From assembly GCA_040389905.1 (NCBI GenBank), contig JAZJZK010000007.1, forward strand, positions 255,492-319,491: DNA of 64,000 bases, given 5' to 3'. The first letter of the stretch is position 1. Each line of letters begins with the position of its first letter. This document shows positions 48,164 to 57,399 of the stretch, piece by piece. The DNA comes from Gemmatimonadota bacterium (GTDB taxonomy: Bacteria > Gemmatimonadota > Gemmatimonadetes > Gemmatimonadales > Gemmatimonadaceae). Made by a program: the position numbers and the translations under genes. A model generated the notes under the pieces. The model worked only from the letters and a program-made list of their open reading frames with translations, searched no databases and was not told the origin of the DNA.

Positions 48164-51100
48164 TTACAAGCCTCCTGGGCCACGACCGCCGCCACCACCA
48201 CCACCGCCACCGCCGAATCCTCCTCCACCACCTCCGCCACCTGTACCGCCGCCGACGTACAGGCCCGTTCCATTGCGGATCGACTGAAGGTAGAGCGGAT
48301 CGAGCGAATTCAATACCTGGGCCGGCAGCTTGCGCTTCTGCTCAGCCGTGAGCAGCCCCTGAATCGTCCGGCCGATTTCCATCAGCATGTCGACCTGCGC
48401 GTGACGCGCACTGAGATAGCGGTCGAACACTTCGCTGCCGTTGTAGTCTTCCGGCAGCTTGGCGAACCAGGTCGCGATCGGCGTCCACAACGAATCCGTG
48501 CGGTAGAGATAGTCGCGGTTCATCGAGGCAATGCTGTCTGCCTGAACCGCCGTCAACTGCAGCGTGTCCTGCTGGCGCATGATGTTCTGCATCGGGTTCT
48601 GCAATCCGGCGGACGCCTGCTGGCGCAGTGACTGCTCGTTCTGCCGCGCGCCCGGCTGGCTGCGGCCGGCGTCGAGCGACTGCTCGAGCCGCTGCCACTC
48701 ACGGGTCGCGCCCAGGTCGTAGCGGAACGACAACGTGAGGACCACCGGATTGCGGAAGGTCATCAACTGCGGACTCGTCGCGCCGAAGCGCTGATTGACT
48801 TCGTACTTGTAGCGATTCGTCGACGGATCGAAGCCGCGCACGTACAGCAGGGCGGGATCCGGTGCGACCGACATGCCCCAACCCTTGATGTTGTTGGCGC
48901 CATTCACGAGCAGGTCGGCAGCGCCAATGGGGTTCGAGAGCGAGAACGAGACGTTCGCGCGCTGCGGCATGTGGAACTTCGCGCGGTCGAGCGTGATCTG
49001 CAGCGAAGCCGTGGAGCTCCATGGTCCCTTGCAGGAATTCCGATCGGCGATGCGGCCGAGCTGGCTCGAGAGGCAATCCGAATTCGCGAGCAGTGTCTTC
49101 ATGCCGGCAGCGAGGACCGGATCACTCGCCGACGACGGATTGTAGATGAACGCGCGGTCATTCGACGAACCGTCGCCGTTGACGTCGCCGGAGATCATCG
49201 GCGTGTAGCGATTGCCCGAGCGGAAGTTGCCGTTCCAGTTGACGTGGACGGCGTCGAAGAAGCTATACCGCAAGCTGTACGTGATCTGGTGCGGCCCCTG
49301 CGCCGACCTCGCGGACTCGACGAGCAGCGGATTTGACGCGGTGCTCTGGAAGCCCGAATACTGCTCGCGAATATCTGAGTAGGTATACGCCAGGCTCCAG
49401 CCGAACTCATTCTGCACTCGGCTGATGGGCGAGAGACGGAACATCAACTGCGCGGTGCGCCCGCTCAGGTCGGAGCGCAGTTCGTTCACGCGGTTGAAGG
49501 ACGGTGAGACGCGTGCATCGCGAGAGGCGATACTGCCGGTCGTCGTCACGATGCTCGTGGGCATCACGTACACCGGACGCCCGTCGTCGAGCGTGAAGCG
49601 CTCGTTCGGCGCGAAGTTGAGGTCGAGCGTCCGCTGCTGGTTCATGTTGAGCGACAGCGTCGCTTCGGTGCTCAGCGAGAAGCGTGCATCGAGGACCGTG
49701 CCGTTCCACGACAGGTTCGAGCGAACCGACTTCGCCGGTTTGAAGTCCGGGGAGAACAGCGTAACGCTCGGCGACGTGTTGGAGAACACGGAGCCGGCAG
49801 TGCCGTCCGCGCAGGCGTTCGGGATGCCTGCCGGGTTCGTCGTATACAGTGTCCAATCGGGGGACGGAACCGCGGGGCCGGTGCAAACAATCTGCTGCGT
49901 GCCGCCGGGCAGGCCGGTGTTGTCGAGCGCCGAGCCGATCGCACCCGCGTTCAGGTTGCTGGCGAATACTCCGATGCCTCCGCGCACGACCGCGCGCGGT
50001 GTCCGAGCCGCTCCGAAGAAGGCCGTGATCTCGTTGACCTGGCCCGTCGTCCAGGAGAAGCCGATTCTGGGGCTGACGAGGATCGGCGAGGGGACTGCAT
50101 CGTTGTTGCGACCGAACTGGGTGCTCACCAGATCGTTGTGCGCCGGCTTGATCGTATACGCGCTGGCATCGACACGCACGCCGTACTGGATCTGGAGATC
50201 CGGGGTGTAGCGATAGGTATCGCCCAGCGCCATGGAGCCGGAGGCCTGACCCGTCGTGCGTTGACGTGCGGCGAGCGTCCGCGTGAACGACGCGGGAATG
50301 CCCGCTTCGAGATCGGCGAGCGAGTTGTAGAAGAAGCTACCGAAGAGGTTGGAGGACTGGTCCTGCGTGTTGCCGCTGAAGACCGCCTCGGTGCTCAGCT
50401 TGATGCGGTGCTTGTTGCCGTCGTCGAACCAGGACAGTGTGTTCTGTGCCGTGGCGCCGATCGCGCGCGTGCTCGAGCTCAGCGTCTGATTCCCACCGAA
50501 CGCGAGCGACTGCACGCCGCTCGTTCCATCGTCGAAGAGTGAATTGACGCGGACGCGCCCGGATGGCAGCTCGAGATACGGTGACCCGTAATTCTTCGAC
50601 GCATTCACGCCGACGGTCGTTTCACTGAGGAGCAGCTTGATGTAGCCACTGTGCCGTCCCTGCACGCCACCGCCCCAGTTGAAGCGATCGCCACTCGACG
50701 ACGCGAGCGACGTAACACCGCCGGTCACCGGGCTCTGACGCGACCAGTTGCCGTTGAAAGTCAGGTTGAAGGCGTTCCCCGCGGTCGATGACGGCGGGTT
50801 GTAATCGATGCTGCCGAACGCGGAGCCGTTGTCGCTGACGCGACTCGAGTGCGTTCCCCCGCCGATCGTCGGCACGCCGCGCCGCTGGAGGATGTTGAGA
50901 AAGCGCTCGACGGAATCCATGGCAATGCCCGCCGTCTCGAGTCCGAGCGCATTCGTGTTGAGAATGGTCTGGTTGTCGCGGGAGTTGCGGCCGAGCTGAT
51001 AGGACAGATTGTAGAAGGACTTGTTCAAGACGAGCGGTCCCGACGCGACCCCGCCCCAAGAGACGTTCGTGTAGTCAGTGCCCAACGCCGAGGCGGCGTT

Positions 51101-51898
51101 GTCGCTCCACATGAGCGGCGGGGCGTTGAAGACCACGGAGGTGCCGCGCGTCTTGAAGTTGGAACCGCTGCGCGACTGCACATTGAGGTTGGCGCCGCTG
51201 AACCCGCCACGCGACACGTCGTACGGCGACGTCGACAGCGAGGTGGAGACGGCGGCGTCGCGCGGCAGGCTGCTCGAACTGGACTGCACACCATTGAGCG
51301 TGACAGTGTTCGCGTCTGCGCCGAGACCAAGCACGGAGAATCCATCGGCGGCCCCATCTGCACCGGCGACGAGCAGCACGCCCGGCAACGATGCGGCCAT
51401 TGCCGCGAGGTCACCCTGAAGTTCCGGCGGCAGGTTGTCGGTGGTCACGTTGCGCTCGGTGCCCGACACGTCCTGCGTCTGCTGGTTCCGGTTGACCCGT
51501 TGCTGCACCGTTTCCGTCGTCACGATCGTGTCGAGGGCGATGACGTTCATGCGGGCGTCGGCGACGAGCACTTCCTCGTCGGCGAGCCGCTTGACTTCGA
51601 AGGTGCGAAACAGGTAGCCGATGCGCGCGAAGCCCATGATGTAGTCGCCGGAGTTGCCCGGGAATGCAATCTGGTAGCTTCCGTTCGCGCCCGTCCGCAC
51701 TTCTCGCACGACGTTGCCGGGAATCGACGTCGCGGTGACCCGGACGTTCTGGAGCGGCAGGCCCTCGAAGTTCGTGACCTTGCCGCGGATCACATCAGTC
51801 TGCGCGCTCAACCGCGGGGCGAGTGCCAACAGGGCAAGGAGGACGACGAGTATCGCACTGCCTCGTCTGCCCGCCGTGAAATCATCCTTGGTCATCAT
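48164..51898 (-). CDS. TonB-dependent-receptor-like (Oar-type) outer membrane protein with C-terminal helical extension
   Basis: Signal peptide; carboxypeptidase-regulatory-like N-terminus; plug-like 'SLPGV', 'YDVSRGGFSG..NV..RSGSN'; 'SPRIGFSW'; 'GDVNGDG..ND'. Confidence 0.8.
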   Translation of the reverse strand: MMTKDDFTAGRRGSAILVVLLALLALAPRLSAQTDVIRGKVTNFEGLPLQNVRVTATSIPGNVVREVRTGANGSYQIAFPGNSGDYIMGFARIGYLFRTFEVKRLADEEVLVADARMNVIALDTIVTTETVQQRVNRNQQTQDVSGTERNVTTDNLPPELQGDLAAMAASLPGVLLVAGADGAADGFSVLGLGADANTVTLNGVQSSSSSLPRDAAVSTSLSTSPYDVSRGGFSGANLNVQSRSGSNFKTRGTSVVFNAPPLMWSDNAASALGTDYTNVSWGGVASGPLVLNKSFYNLSYQLGRNSRDNQTILNTNALGLETAGIAMDSVERFLNILQRRGVPTIGGGTHSSRVSDNGSAFGSIDYNPPSSTAGNAFNLTFNGNWSRQSPVTGGVTSLASSSGDRFNWGGGVQGRHSGYIKLLLSETTVGVNASKNYGSPYLELPSGRVRVNSLFDDGTSGVQSLAFGGNQTLSSSTRAIGATAQNTLSWFDDGNKHRIKLSTEAVFSGNTQDQSSNLFGSFFYNSLADLEAGIPASFTRTLAARQRTTGQASGSMALGDTYRYTPDLQIQYGVRVDASAYTIKPAHNDLVSTQFGRNNDAVPSPILVSPRIGFSWTTGQVNEITAFFGAARTPRAVVRGGIGVFASNLNAGAIGSALDNTGLPGGTQQIVCTGPAVPSPDWTLYTTNPAGIPNACADGTAGSVFSNTSPSVTLFSPDFKPAKSVRSNLSWNGTVLDARFSLSTEATLSLNMNQQRTLDLNFAPNERFTLDDGRPVYVMPTSIVTTTGSIASRDARVSPSFNRVNELRSDLSGRTAQLMFRLSPISRVQNEFGWSLAYTYSDIREQYSGFQSTASNPLLVESARSAQGPHQITYSLRYSFFDAVHVNWNGNFRSGNRYTPMISGDVNGDGSSNDRAFIYNPSSASDPVLAAGMKTLLANSDCLSSQLGRIADRNSCKGPWSSTASLQITLDRAKFHMPQRANVSFSLSNPIGAADLLVNGANNIKGWGMSVAPDPALLYVRGFDPSTNRYKYEVNQRFGATSPQLMTFRNPVVLTLSFRYDLGATREWQRLEQSLDAGRSQPGARQNEQSLRQQASAGLQNPMQNIMRQQDTLQLTAVQADSIASMNRDYLYRTDSLWTPIATWFAKLPEDYNGSEVFDRYLSARHAQVDMLMEIGRTIQGLLTAEQKRKLPAQVLNSLDPLYLQSIRNGTGLYVGGGTGGGGGGGGFGGGGGGGGGGRGPGGL

Positions 51899-52289
51899 CT
51901 CTTATGATAGGTGCTCGGGTACCGGTGCATGTCGTACTCCATATACACCGTGTCGTGGCGCGACGTTGGGTGATTGCATACACGCACCGAGGAGACTGCG
52001 TCGCGAGGAGAGTCGATACGCAAAGTGCTCAGGTTTGCAGCACTCTTTTCACTCGTGTTTTCAGTCTTTTCGCGCGCACACACCGACCGTTAAACCGGGT
52101 GCACTTCACACCCCGAATGGAGAAGGACAACATCATGCAACGCGCCAATACCAACCATCAACGCCAGTCCGGTGATGAAGGGGGTCAATCGCAAAAAATT
52201 CGCTGTTGCTTGCGGCACCGCGGACAGCGCGTTCGCTCGCGCTCACTTGACGGCTCACTCGCTTGCGCTCGTTCGACGCGGGCTAGAGG

Positions 52290-52922
52290 CTACAGGGCTA
52301 CTCGCAGTAGCGCACCGACCGCCAACAGCGTGTGCGGCGTCCGGCGCGTGTCATCCTGGCGAGTCAGGAACGTATCGAGACTCGACTTGCTCGTCAGCGG
52401 CACACGCGTTCCGATCGTCTTGTCGATTCGGTTGAGCGTTCGGTACCGCGAGTCGTACCACAAATCGAACTGGCCGTACGTCCAGAGGGGCACTCCGAAG
52501 AGATCCACGTCGTGGCCGATCGCTGCCCGATTCACGACGCGCTCCGAGTAGACGCGATTGACGTTGCGGATCTCGAAGCGTGTGCGATCGCGCAACTCGA
52601 ACCCGCCGCCGAGCGGAATCGTCGTATAGACCGTCGGGATGTAGCGGTGCTCGGTGACCGTCGGCTGCGTGACTTGCCGCACCTCGAGCGCGAAGCGGAA
52701 GAGTCCGTACGTTGGGGATACGACGCCGAGCCCCAGGATCCGCTCGTTCGGCGCGAGGTCGGCCATCTGCAGGTGCTGCTCGTAGAGAAACTGCAGCCCG
52801 TAGCCCGCATAGCGCGGGCTGGTCATGATGATTTCCGGGCGGTATTCGTGTGTCGAACCTTGTGCGCGCGCTGTCGCAGTACTCGCGACGAGCAGCAGCG
52901 ACGCGAGGAGAGCGTAGCGCAT
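52290..52922 (-). CDS. Outer membrane beta-barrel protein (DUF2490-like)
   Basis: Signal peptide; 'EHRY', 'LRDRTRFEIR', alternating beta strands. Confidence 0.65.
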   Translation of the reverse strand: MRYALLASLLLVASTATARAQGSTHEYRPEIIMTSPRYAGYGLQFLYEQHLQMADLAPNERILGLGVVSPTYGLFRFALEVRQVTQPTVTEHRYIPTVYTTIPLGGGFELRDRTRFEIRNVNRVYSERVVNRAAIGHDVDLFGVPLWTYGQFDLWYDSRYRTLNRIDKTIGTRVPLTSKSSLDTFLTRQDDTRRTPHTLLAVGALLRVAL

Positions 52923-52997
52923 TCAGAAAGGGCGGGAGGAAGCTGACCCGAAAGTTAGTCCGTCGAACGTCACGACGAAACGCCCTCGCGAAACCTG

Positions 52998-53013
52998 TTG
53001 GCACTGTTGCTGC
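52998..53013 (+). promoter_or_regulatory. sigma54-like promoter
   Basis: TTGGCACTGTTGCTGC = TGGCAC-N5-CTGC, 22 nt upstream of ATG 53036. Confidence 0.5.
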
Positions 53014-53035
53014 CTTGATGGTGTGCATGACTTTC

Positions 53036-53725
53036 ATGCGCTCACTCATACTTGCGTTCGCCACCATCGCGGCACTGGCTGCGCGCGCAGATGCGCAGCG
53101 ACGCCATGGCAAGACCGGACGAGCACCGCTGCCGCTGGCCCTGCACGGCTCGAAGGCGAGCGTCGAAAAGATGTACGGCTTCGCCCGCCTCCACCGCATG
53201 CCCTTCTACCTGACGCAGACCAACGTCGATACCGCGATCGCGCGCGGGCGCCTCGTTCCGCTGTCAGGCGATGCCGCGTACGAGATGACACGCGGGGTTG
53301 GCTTCTCGTACGCAACACGAGAGACGAAGGCATTCGTGTCCGCGTTTGCCCGCCAGTTCGCCATGGCCTGCGATTCGCCGCTCACGGTGACCAGTGCCGC
53401 GCGGCCGCTGAACCGGCAACCGCGCAACGCGAATCCGCATTCCGTGCATCCGGCCGGTATCGCGGTGGACATCCGGCGGCCACCGTCTGGGCCGTGCCTC
53501 ACCTGGGTTCGCGGCGCGCTCGCGACGCTCGAGGCACAAGGCATCGTGGAGGCGACGGAAGAGCGGCGACCCGTCCACCTGCACATCGCAGTGCTCGTCG
53601 CGCCGGGCGCGCCGGTGATACTGCCGCCGATGGCCGCGACGCGGCCGACGATTTCGTCCGCACTGTTCGCGAAGGACGCATCGATCATTGACTGGAACTG
53701 GAGCGGCGTCAATCGTCTACGTTGA
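53036..53725 (+). CDS. DUF5715-like exported protein (M15/LAS metallopeptidase fold)
   Basis: Signal peptide; 'LTVTSAAR', 'SVHPAGIAVDI', 'HLHI' zinc-type motifs. Confidence 0.75.
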   Translation: MRSLILAFATIAALAARADAQRRHGKTGRAPLPLALHGSKASVEKMYGFARLHRMPFYLTQTNVDTAIARGRLVPLSGDAAYEMTRGVGFSYATRETKAFVSAFARQFAMACDSPLTVTSAARPLNRQPRNANPHSVHPAGIAVDIRRPPSGPCLTWVRGALATLEAQGIVEATEERRPVHLHIAVLVAPGAPVILPPMAATRPTISSALFAKDASIIDWNWSGVNRLR

Positions 53726-53747
53726 GAGAACTTCTCGACTCGACGAC

Positions 53748-54818
53748 ATGACCGCCTCGCTCTTCTCGACACTCGACCTTCGCTCAGTGACGCTTCGCAA
53801 TCGGATCGTCGTCAGTCCGATGTGCCAGTATTCCAGCACCGATGGCTTTGCCAACGACTGGCACCTGGTGCACCTCGGCGGACTCGCCACGGGCGGCGCG
53901 GGGCTGGTGTTTACCGAAGCCACGGCGATTTCGCCCGAGAGCCGCATCTCTCCGCATGACCTTGGCATCTGGAAAGACGACCATGTCGAGATGCTCTCGC
54001 GGATCACGCGCTTCATCGAGAATCAGGGCGCGGCGTCCGGCATGCAGATCGCCCACGCCGGTCGAAAAGGCAGCCTCGACGCGCCATGGCGCGGTGGCCG
54101 AGCCTTGTCGCCGAGCGATGGCGGATGGACGCCGCTGCTCGCGCCGAGTGCGATTCCCTTCTCACACCACTACCAGACGCCGATGGAGATGAGCGTGCAG
54201 GAGATTGCGCGCTCACTGTACGACTTTCGCAGCGCCGCGGAGCGCGCACTGGCGGCGGGGTTTCGGGTGATCGAACTGCACGGCGCCCACGGCTACCTCT
54301 TGCACGAGTTCCTCTCACCGCTCAGCAACCACCGGACCGATGCCTACGGTGGGTCGTTCGAAAAGCGTGTGCGCTACGTGATCGAGGCCATCGACGTCAT
54401 ACGCGATGTCTGGCCGGAGCGCCTGCCACTCTTTCTCCGCATCTCCGCCACGGACTGGGCAGAGGGAGGGTGGGATGTGGAACAATCGATCGAGCTGGTA
54501 CGTCTCGCGCACGCCCACGGCGTCGATGTCGTGGACTGCTCGACCGGAGGCAACGTTGCCGGTGCGAAGATTCCGGTGGGACCGGGTTATCAGGTTCCCT
54601 TTGCCGATCGCATTCGGCGTGAGACCGGCGTGCCTGTGGGCGCGGTCGGGATGATTACGGAGTCGGGGCAGGCGGAAGAGATCATCTCGCGCGGCCAGGC
54701 CGATGTCGTCATTCTCGCGCGCGAACTACTTCGGGATCCGCATTGGCCATTGCGCGCGGCGCGGGAACTCGGTGTTGATGTCAAATGGCCGCCGCAGTAT
54801 GAGAGGGCCAAGTTGTAA
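53748..54818 (+). CDS. NADH:flavin oxidoreductase (Old Yellow Enzyme, YqjM/NamA class)
   Basis: 'NRIVVSPMCQYS', 'HAGRK', 'HGAHGYLLHEFLSPLSN.RTD.YGGS', 'WPPQYER'. Confidence 0.95.
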   Translation: MTASLFSTLDLRSVTLRNRIVVSPMCQYSSTDGFANDWHLVHLGGLATGGAGLVFTEATAISPESRISPHDLGIWKDDHVEMLSRITRFIENQGAASGMQIAHAGRKGSLDAPWRGGRALSPSDGGWTPLLAPSAIPFSHHYQTPMEMSVQEIARSLYDFRSAAERALAAGFRVIELHGAHGYLLHEFLSPLSNHRTDAYGGSFEKRVRYVIEAIDVIRDVWPERLPLFLRISATDWAEGGWDVEQSIELVRLAHAHGVDVVDCSTGGNVAGAKIPVGPGYQVPFADRIRRETGVPVGAVGMITESGQAEEIISRGQADVVILARELLRDPHWPLRAARELGVDVKWPPQYERAKL

Positions 54819-54835
54819 GCGCGTCAGCGTACGTC

Positions 54836-55237
54836 GCACCTGCACGTTGAACGCCGCACCGGCACATTGAACGTTGCACCGGCACATTGAACGTTGCACC
54901 GGCACATTGAACGTTGCACCGGCACGTTGAACGCCGCACCGGCACATTGAACGTTGCACCGGCACATTGAACGTTGCACCGGCACATTGAACGTTGCACC
55001 GGCCCATTGAACGCGGATTGAGCGGGTTGAAGCGGATAAGATCTGATTGAAAAGACTTTGAACAAAGGCTTTGTCAGATTTGATCCGCTTCAACCCGCCC
55101 AATCCGCGTTCAATGTGCCGGTGCACGAGTGTCGCGTTCACTGTGCTGGTGCACGAGTGTCGCGTTCAAGGTGCCGGTGCACGAGTGTCGCGTTCAAAGG
55201 TGCCGGTGCACGAATGTCGCGTTCAATGTGCCGGTGC
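54836..55237. repeat. Family C element with tandemly expanded termini (9x20 bp left, 5x28 bp right)
   Basis: GCACCGGCACATTGAACGTT units from 54836; core 54996-55124; CGCGTTCAATGTGCCGGTGCACGAGTGT units from 55105. Confidence 0.95.
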
Positions 55238-55250
55238 GCGAAGTTCGCGG

Positions 55251-56429
55251 TCAACGAATGGCCGGCAGTAATTCATCAAAGAAGATCTGCACTCCGGACC
55301 ACGACGACGACCCAAGAGCGGCGGTGAAGACGACAATCAAATCGAGCCTGGGGTCGATGAAGAGCCACTGACCGCCTGATCCGGATGCCGCGATGATGTA
55401 GTCGTCACCGCTTGCGCTTCCGGGCTGGTTGTTGCGCGGGAAGAGCCACCAGTACATGCCGTAGTCCGTATTTCTCGGGAAGTACCGTTCCGTTGATGTC
55501 GTGACGCGACGCGTCGAACTGTCGATCCACGCGCGCGGCACAATTTGCTTCCCCGCCCACGATCCACGCCGCAGCACCAGATAACCGATCCGCGCGAGAT
55601 CCGACGTCCGCAGGTCAAGCCCGCCTCCCAAGTGCGGGAGACCATTCGGGTTCCCCTTGTACCAGCTCCAATTCGAGATCCCAAGCGGCGTGAAAAGCTT
55701 CTGCCGTGCATATTCGTCGGCAGGCATGCCGGTCGCGGCGAACAGAATGCCGCCGACGACAATCGGTGCACCACTGTTGTACTGCCACGTCGTGCCGGGC
55801 GTGCCCGTCATCGGCCGATCGAGAATCAAGTGCAGCCAGTCGCAGCCCCTGCAATCATTCAATTGCTGAAGTGGAGACCCGGGGTATGGGTTCTCATAGA
55901 ATGACATGCTCGTGCGCATCGTCAACAAATGCCGGAGCGAAAGCGCGCGCTTTTCCGCGTCAACGTTCGCGAGGTCGCTGTATTCCGGAAAGAAGCTGAG
56001 CACCGGAGCGTCGAGGCTCGAGAGGTGACCTTCGTCGAACGCGATGCCCGTGAGCAGCGACGTCACGCTCTTCGTCACCGACTGCATCGTGTGCGTGCTA
56101 CCGGCCGTCACGCCGTAGTACTGCTCGGCGACCACCTACCCGTGGCGCGCCACGAAAAAACTGTGCATGCCGGAGAAGTCGCCCTTGCCGAGCCGGCCAG
56201 TGATCGAGCGGAGAACATCTTCGTCGATACCGACGCGCACCGGAGATGTCGTACGCCACGCAGCGGCTGGCCAATACGCGAGGCCCGAATCGATGACGGA
56301 CACCGTATCGGGCACGCCGGTGAGTGTCGCGGTGGCGTTCGTTTGGCCTCCGCATGCACAGGCGAAAAGAACCGCCACCGCCGCGACGGACAGTGCGACG
56401 CCCCTGGATGTCTCAGTCGGCGAATTCAC
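55251..56429 (-). pseudogene. Beta-lactamase-family serine hydrolase lipoprotein interrupted by an in-frame TAG
   Basis: Lipoprotein signal, 'FFVARHG*VVAEQYY', SxxK 'QSVTKS', 'LRHLLTM', 'WQYNSG', 'YGMYWW', 'SGSGGQ'; TAG at 56136-56138. Confidence 0.85.
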
Positions 56430-56671
56430 CGATGAGGCTCCATCGCCAAATGATGCGGCGTGGAAGGGCGCGGCAAAAGCTGTGGCTTAATTACCCCAGC
56501 TTCTGACATAGCTCCTGCGCACGAGCGAAAAGCGCGAAGATCTGAAGGGAATGAAAAGCATGATGTAACGCGATGAAATTTAAGGAGTTACAAGCTGTCT
56601 GCGCGGCTAATTCTGCCGTGGGCATGGACTTGCATTCGGTCGCGTTCGGTAACCACCCAAAACCCGCGACG

Positions 56672-57250
56672 ATGCGAATCAACTCATTCTTCACCGTTGC
56701 AGCAATCGCTGCACTTTTCGCCACGCCTGCTCGCGCGCAGTACTCGACGCCCATGGCTGGTAGTAACGACTATCAATTCCAGTGCTACAACTCGGCAGAA
56801 TTGGACCAATTCTCCCCCTTTTATTGCAACAGCAACAATAACGCAATCTGGCACGTTGGGGATTACTGGCAAAAAACCGTATTCACCGGTCTCCCGAGCA
56901 CTGCCTCCATCTCGTGGAGTTTCGAGATGCTTAATTGGCAGTCACTCAACTTCGACGTCTTTGTCAATGGCACGGACGTTGGCGATTGGCGGCTGTCTGG
57001 CGACCCCGCTATCGGGTCAGTCGCACTCAATACCACGATTGGTAGCGCTTTCACCATTCGATGGCAGCTCAAGGAAGGGTTGTGTGAAGGTTGCGGTGCC
57101 TTGGAGTTGGAGAACTACTCGCAATCCACCCTGTGGGCTGACGGACCCGTTGTCGATTCGACTCCTGAACCTGCTTCGGTCATGCTTCTCGGAACGGGAC
57201 TCGTAGGTGTCGCGACCCTCACGCGCAGGCGGAAGCGCAGCGCGAGGTAG
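56672..57250 (+). CDS. PEP-CTERM sorting domain protein
   Basis: Signal peptide ending 'PARAQ'; C-terminal 'TPEPASVMLLGTGLVGVATLTRRRKR'. Confidence 0.9.
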   Translation: MRINSFFTVAAIAALFATPARAQYSTPMAGSNDYQFQCYNSAELDQFSPFYCNSNNNAIWHVGDYWQKTVFTGLPSTASISWSFEMLNWQSLNFDVFVNGTDVGDWRLSGDPAIGSVALNTTIGSAFTIRWQLKEGLCEGCGALELENYSQSTLWADGPVVDSTPEPASVMLLGTGLVGVATLTRRRKRSAR

Positions 57251-57399
57251 TCGTCCGCAAGGTTCGATGAACGTGAGCACGAGGTACTCTCCGCTGGGGC
57301 AGAGTACCTCGTTTTGCGTTCCGGCGATGGACTGGCGCCTGAGCCTTCTGCCGATGCAGCTTTGGAGGAGAATTCCACCTACCCCGAGGCCGCATCGCA

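Noticed and set aside
52090..52218. Possible 42-aa membrane peptide on the minus strand (VPQATANFLRLTPFITGLALMVGIG...)
   Set aside because: No clear RBS or recognisable homology; cannot be supported.
54836..55237. CRISPR array
   Set aside because: Units are head-to-tail with no unique spacers, the two halves are inverted, and no cas genes are present.
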